From: Actinomycetes bacterium
Lineage (GTDB): Bacteria; Actinomycetota; Acidimicrobiia; Acidimicrobiales; Bog-793
DNA length: 63,037 nt
Direction: 5' to 3'
Assembly: GCA_021798275.1 (NCBI GenBank)
Contig: JAJZMK010000006.1
Coordinates: 1-63,037 of the forward strand
The first letter of the stretch is position 1; every line of letters begins with the position of its first letter. The notes under the pieces were generated by a model. The model had not been told where the DNA came from. It did no database searches and worked only from the letters and a program-made list of their open reading frames with translations. Positions 59,380-63,037 of this stretch are shown one piece after another. The position numbers and the translations under genes were made by a program.

Positions 59380-60735
59380 TTGATGTTTGAAAACTTAACG
59401 GATCGCTTTGATTCGATTTTAAAAAGGATCAAAAGTCGGGGACGGCTGACTGAAGAAGATATAGACGAGATATCGAGAGATATTCGCGTCGCATTATTGG
59501 AAGCCGACGTTGCCTTACCGGTTGTACAGGACTTTGTCAACAGGGTAAAAGAGCGTTGCCGGGGAGAGGAACTTTCCAAGAGTCTCACGCCAGCTCAGCA
59601 GGTTATCAAATACGTCAACGAAGAGCTGATAAATATTTTGGGCGGTTCCCAGCTCAAAATTACTTATGCACCGAAACCGCCCACGATCATCCTGCTGGCT
59701 GGTTTACAGGGTTCCGGGAAAACAACCACGGTGGCAAAGCTAGGTAGATGGTTCAAGCAGCAAGGTAGGCACCCTCTCTTGGTGGGTGCGGACTTGGCCC
59801 GTCCGGCTGCCGTTGAGCAGCTAAAAGTACTTGGCGCGGAAATAGGTGTGGCTGTATTTTCCGAACCGACAGATCCTGTCAGTGTGGCCAGAAAAGGGGT
59901 TGCCGAGGCGATCAGAGTCGGGCGTGATTTGGTCATTATCGATACAGCAGGGCGACTTAGCATAGACGAAGTGTTGATGGAAGAAGTCCGTCAGGTCTCA
60001 AAAGCCGTCAATCCACACTATACCTTCCTCGTCATCGACGCCATGACCGGTCAGGACGCGGTCAATACAGCAAAAGCTTTCCACGAAACACTGGAGCTGG
60101 ACGGCATTATCCTGACAAAAGTCGACGGTGATGCCAGAGGTGGAGCGGCGCTATCTGTCAAGCAAATTGTCGGTAAGCCGATAGCATTCGTGGCCACAGG
60201 CGAACGTGTAAATGAACTTGAAACTTTTTATCCGGATCGGATGGCGAGCCGTATTCTGGGTATGGGCGATGTACTGAGTCTGATAGAAAAAGCTGAGACA
60301 GAAGTAGATCAAAACGTCAGCGCCAAAGCTTTGGAGAGGATGCGCAGCGGTCATTTCAGTTTGGATGATTTTTATGACCAGCTGCAGCAAATGAAAAAAA
60401 TGGGACCTTTACAAGGTTTGGTTTCCATGCTGCCGGGTATGCCGAAAGAGGTGCGTAACGCCAATATAGACGACGCTGATATAGTCAGAATTGAAGCCAT
60501 CATAACTTCTATGACGGCAGAAGAAAGGGATAACCCCCAGATTTTGAACGGTTCCAGGCGAAGTAGGATAGCAAATGGATCCGGAACTTCCGTTACCGAT
60601 GTGAATAACTTACTCAAGCAATTTAATGAAATGCAAAAATTGTTTAAATCTCCCGGTTTGATGAACCAATTGATGAAATCACCTGCGATGCGTAAAAAAA
60701 AGAATAGCTCAAAAGGCAGACGGACAAAGAGATAG
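59380..60735 (+). CDS. ffh: Signal recognition particle protein
   Basis: GLQGSGKTT, DTAGRL, DGDARGGAALS and M domain. Confidence 0.97.
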   Translation: MMFENLTDRFDSILKRIKSRGRLTEEDIDEISRDIRVALLEADVALPVVQDFVNRVKERCRGEELSKSLTPAQQVIKYVNEELINILGGSQLKITYAPKPPTIILLAGLQGSGKTTTVAKLGRWFKQQGRHPLLVGADLARPAAVEQLKVLGAEIGVAVFSEPTDPVSVARKGVAEAIRVGRDLVIIDTAGRLSIDEVLMEEVRQVSKAVNPHYTFLVIDAMTGQDAVNTAKAFHETLELDGIILTKVDGDARGGAALSVKQIVGKPIAFVATGERVNELETFYPDRMASRILGMGDVLSLIEKAETEVDQNVSAKALERMRSGHFSLDDFYDQLQQMKKMGPLQGLVSMLPGMPKEVRNANIDDADIVRIEAIITSMTAEERDNPQILNGSRRSRIANGSGTSVTDVNNLLKQFNEMQKLFKSPGLMNQLMKSPAMRKKKNSSKGRRTKR

Positions 60736-60924
60736 AATGGAATTAGGAATTTATTCAAAATTAATCGAAGATGTATAATTCTTTGTTTTAGATTAGGTTC
60801 TGGCAATTATTGAATTTAAATAATGTAGACTTGACGAAAAACAATTGATGATTTTTATTTATAAAAGTCAGTTAATTAATAAGATGTAATTATCGGGTTT
60901 ACCCGGGGAAGTGAAGGAATCGAC

Positions 60925-61347
60925 GTGGCAGTAAAACTCCGCCTGATGCGGATGGGGAAAAAGAAACAGCCGACCTATCGTATAGTTGTGGCTGATGCTC
61001 GTTCTCCGCGTGACGGAAAATTCATCGAAGTAATTGGGACGTATGCCCCAAGGAAAGACCCTGCCGAAATAATAGTCAATAACTCACAAGCGAGTGATTG
61101 GCTGTTGAAAGGTGCCCAGCCTACGGAAACGGTTAAAAAATTATTGGAACTGTCTGGAGCCTGGGAAGAATACTCCAAGGCCAGAGGTGTCGAATACAAG
61201 CCTAGCAAGCCTTTATTGGTAGCCACCAAGCCTTCTGCTGTAAAAACTCCTCCCGCTGTAGTTGAGGTTAAAGCGGATAAGGATCAGAATGTAACCGTTG
61301 ATGCGGAAGACGCACCTACTTCTTCAAGTGAGACCGAGGTTGAATAA
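60925..61347 (+). CDS. rpsP: 30S ribosomal protein S16
   Basis: [36 protein letters not shown]. Confidence 0.97.
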   Translation: MAVKLRLMRMGKKKQPTYRIVVADARSPRDGKFIEVIGTYAPRKDPAEIIVNNSQASDWLLKGAQPTETVKKLLELSGAWEEYSKARGVEYKPSKPLLVATKPSAVKTPPAVVEVKADKDQNVTVDAEDAPTSSSETEVE

Positions 61348-61838
61348 TGACACAATCAAGCGATCCAAGCGCCCCTTTATTTGCAGAGCCGCAGTTTAAC
61401 GAATCGTCGCTTGCAGATGAGGGTAATGACGATGTGCAGGACCCAGAGATCCCAGATGAGTTGGAAACAGCCGAAAAACTAGGAGATGACCAAATGGTTG
61501 AGGAAGAATTGCCCGAAGAAATCAGCGGATCAGAAGATGAAGTATCTGTTGCCAACCAGGCATCGGACGAAGTCGAGTCGGATGGTAACCTCATTCCCGG
61601 TGGACGCTCCAAAGAAGTGTTGGAATTTTTGGCACGTAAGCTTGTCGAAGATCCCGATGCCGTTGAAGTAGACATCGAGCCTGCTAAATCAGGTGCAAAG
61701 CTGCTACTCAAAGTGGCTCCCGATGACATGGGTCGCATGATAGGCCGTAAAGGACGCGTGATTCAAGCCGTTAGGGTGGTTGTGAGAGCCGCCGCAGCCC
61801 GCGACAAGACAGATGCTACTGTCGAAATCGTAGACTGA
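61347..61838 (+). CDS. khpA: KH-domain RNA-binding protein KhpA with acidic N-terminal extension
   Basis: LVEDPDAV, DMGRMIGRKGR, VEIVD; between rpsP and rimM. Confidence 0.88.
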   Translation: MTQSSDPSAPLFAEPQFNESSLADEGNDDVQDPEIPDELETAEKLGDDQMVEEELPEEISGSEDEVSVANQASDEVESDGNLIPGGRSKEVLEFLARKLVEDPDAVEVDIEPAKSGAKLLLKVAPDDMGRMIGRKGRVIQAVRVVVRAAAARDKTDATVEIVD

Positions 61839-61860
61839 TCAACTTCTGACTCCGGTTTCT

Positions 61861-62358
61861 GTGTCTTCGACATTCGATGACGATCTTCTTGAGGTCGGTG
61901 TCATAATAAAGCCACACGGTGTCAAAGGATATGTTGTGGTACTTCCTATTACAAACGTCATGGAGAGGTTTGTAATAGGAAGTACTTTTTTTACCGAGCA
62001 AGGTGAAAAAGAAAGAAGAGAACTGCTGGTAGAGCAGGTGGCCGAATACAAGAACGGTTTCCTGATCAAATTCCAGGGTTACGAAGACATGTCTGCTGCC
62101 GAAACGCTGAGAAATATCAAACTTCTGGCCAAGCCCCTCGATATTGAAGACAGCGAAGCGTTGTTTGTTCACCGTTTGGTCGGCCTAAATGTCGTTGATC
62201 AAGATGGGATACAAAGGGGTACGGTTGAGTACGTGCAAGCTAACCCAGCCAGTGATCTATTGGTTTTGGAAACCGGAGGGATGATACCTCTTGTTTTTGT
62301 TGAGTCGGTAACGGATCAAGATATTTTTGTACGAATTCCCGAAGGGCTTTTAGAGTAG
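61861..62358 (+). CDS. rimM: Ribosome maturation factor RimM
   Basis: VG.I.KPHGVKG, PRC barrel, PEGLLE. Confidence 0.92.
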   Translation: MSSTFDDDLLEVGVIIKPHGVKGYVVVLPITNVMERFVIGSTFFTEQGEKERRELLVEQVAEYKNGFLIKFQGYEDMSAAETLRNIKLLAKPLDIEDSEALFVHRLVGLNVVDQDGIQRGTVEYVQANPASDLLVLETGGMIPLVFVESVTDQDIFVRIPEGLLE

Positions 62359-62560
62359 CAAATTCCGGCCGGAGTCATTTGAATCTCCGATACTCAGATT
62401 GAATAGTCGGAAGTCAAATGCTGAGATCAACATGATTTTGATGTATTGGACCGTTAGAGCGGCCCGCCATGAGATCTCTTGAAGATTTCTCATGTCCAAT
62501 ATTCCAAGCCGGGCTTGTTTCGATAATCTAATCCAACGGTGCTAAGGTTGAATTGATAAT

Positions 62561-63037
62561 ATGGACGATACTGTGATTTCGAAAAGCAGCCTTCCTTTTC
62601 GTATAGATGTTTTTACGATATTTCCCCCCATGATCGAACAGTACGTTTCGCAGAGTATTTTGGGTAGGGCCAAAGAATCCGGTGCTTTGGAAGTCGTAGC
62701 TCATGACATCCGCTCATTTTCCACCGATAAACACCGCTCTGTAGACGACACTCCTTTTGGAGGTGGCGCCGGAATGATATTGGCGCCGGAACCTGTTTTT
62801 AGGGCTGTGGAATCCACGGATATCATCCGCCCACTTTTTTTACTTTCACCTGGCGGAAAGTGCTTCAACCAGGAAATGGCCAAAGATTTCTCACGATTGA
62901 CAGACCAAGCGGGTCGCAGAGGGTTTTCTCTGTTGTGCGGGAGATATGAAGGCGTTGATGACAGGATAAGAGAGCACCTGATAGACGATGAGATCTCTAT
63001 AGGCGATTATGTCTTAGCTGGAGGGGAATTGGCGGCT
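62561..63037 (+). CDS. trmD: tRNA (guanine-N1)-methyltransferase, truncated by the window end
   Basis: Manual translation: [43 protein letters not shown]. Confidence 0.95.
   Translation, partial: MDDTVISKSSLPFRIDVFTIFPPMIEQYVSQSILGRAKESGALEVVAHDIRSFSTDKHRSVDDTPFGGGAGMILAPEPVFRAVESTDIIRPLFLLSPGGKCFNQEMAKDFSRLTDQAGRRGFSLLCGRYEGVDDRIREHLIDDEISIGDYVLAGGELAA

Noticed and set aside
1-63037. CRISPR arrays, tRNA/rRNA, prophage, transposases, defence systems, DnaE intein
   Set aside because: No repeat-spacer periodicity, cloverleafs or signature proteins were seen, and DnaE has normal length. The remaining short ORFs in the track overlap well-supported genes.

Overview
A 63-kb chromosomal window from an actinobacterium, most likely class Acidimicrobiia. 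This is inferred from bL37, Bpa/PafE, the MSMEG_4193-DUF3090-SCO1664 trio, DosS/DosR-like and Nur-like regulators, and GYWLV-type surface repeats. By eye the GC content is unusually low for the phylum (mid-40s %, not computed). The content is mostly housekeeping: rlmD (partial), rsmI-metG-tatD, dnaE, menE/B/A/H/D, tyrS, rnd and smc-ftsY-ffh-rpsP-khpA-rimM-trmD. There are also stress and redox genes: htrA, a Nur-like Fur, DosS/DosR-like with a DoxD-like gene, malY, an MBL hydrolase and bcp-frhB. No transposase, integrase, CRISPR array, tRNA or rRNA was recognised. The main unexplained element is a ~690-nt region (~52795-53485) with no credible ORF. It has its own -10 box, many helices including a long-range one, a possible pseudoknot/switch and an internally duplicated motif, making it a candidate large structured non-coding RNA. 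Other items missed by the ORF track are a 27-aa bL37 gene, an ATT-initiated PIG-L gene, two hairpins with the same UCCCCCC loop, MprA-like boxes before htrA and DosR-like boxes. All assignments come from motif recognition only; no database searches or folding programs were run.
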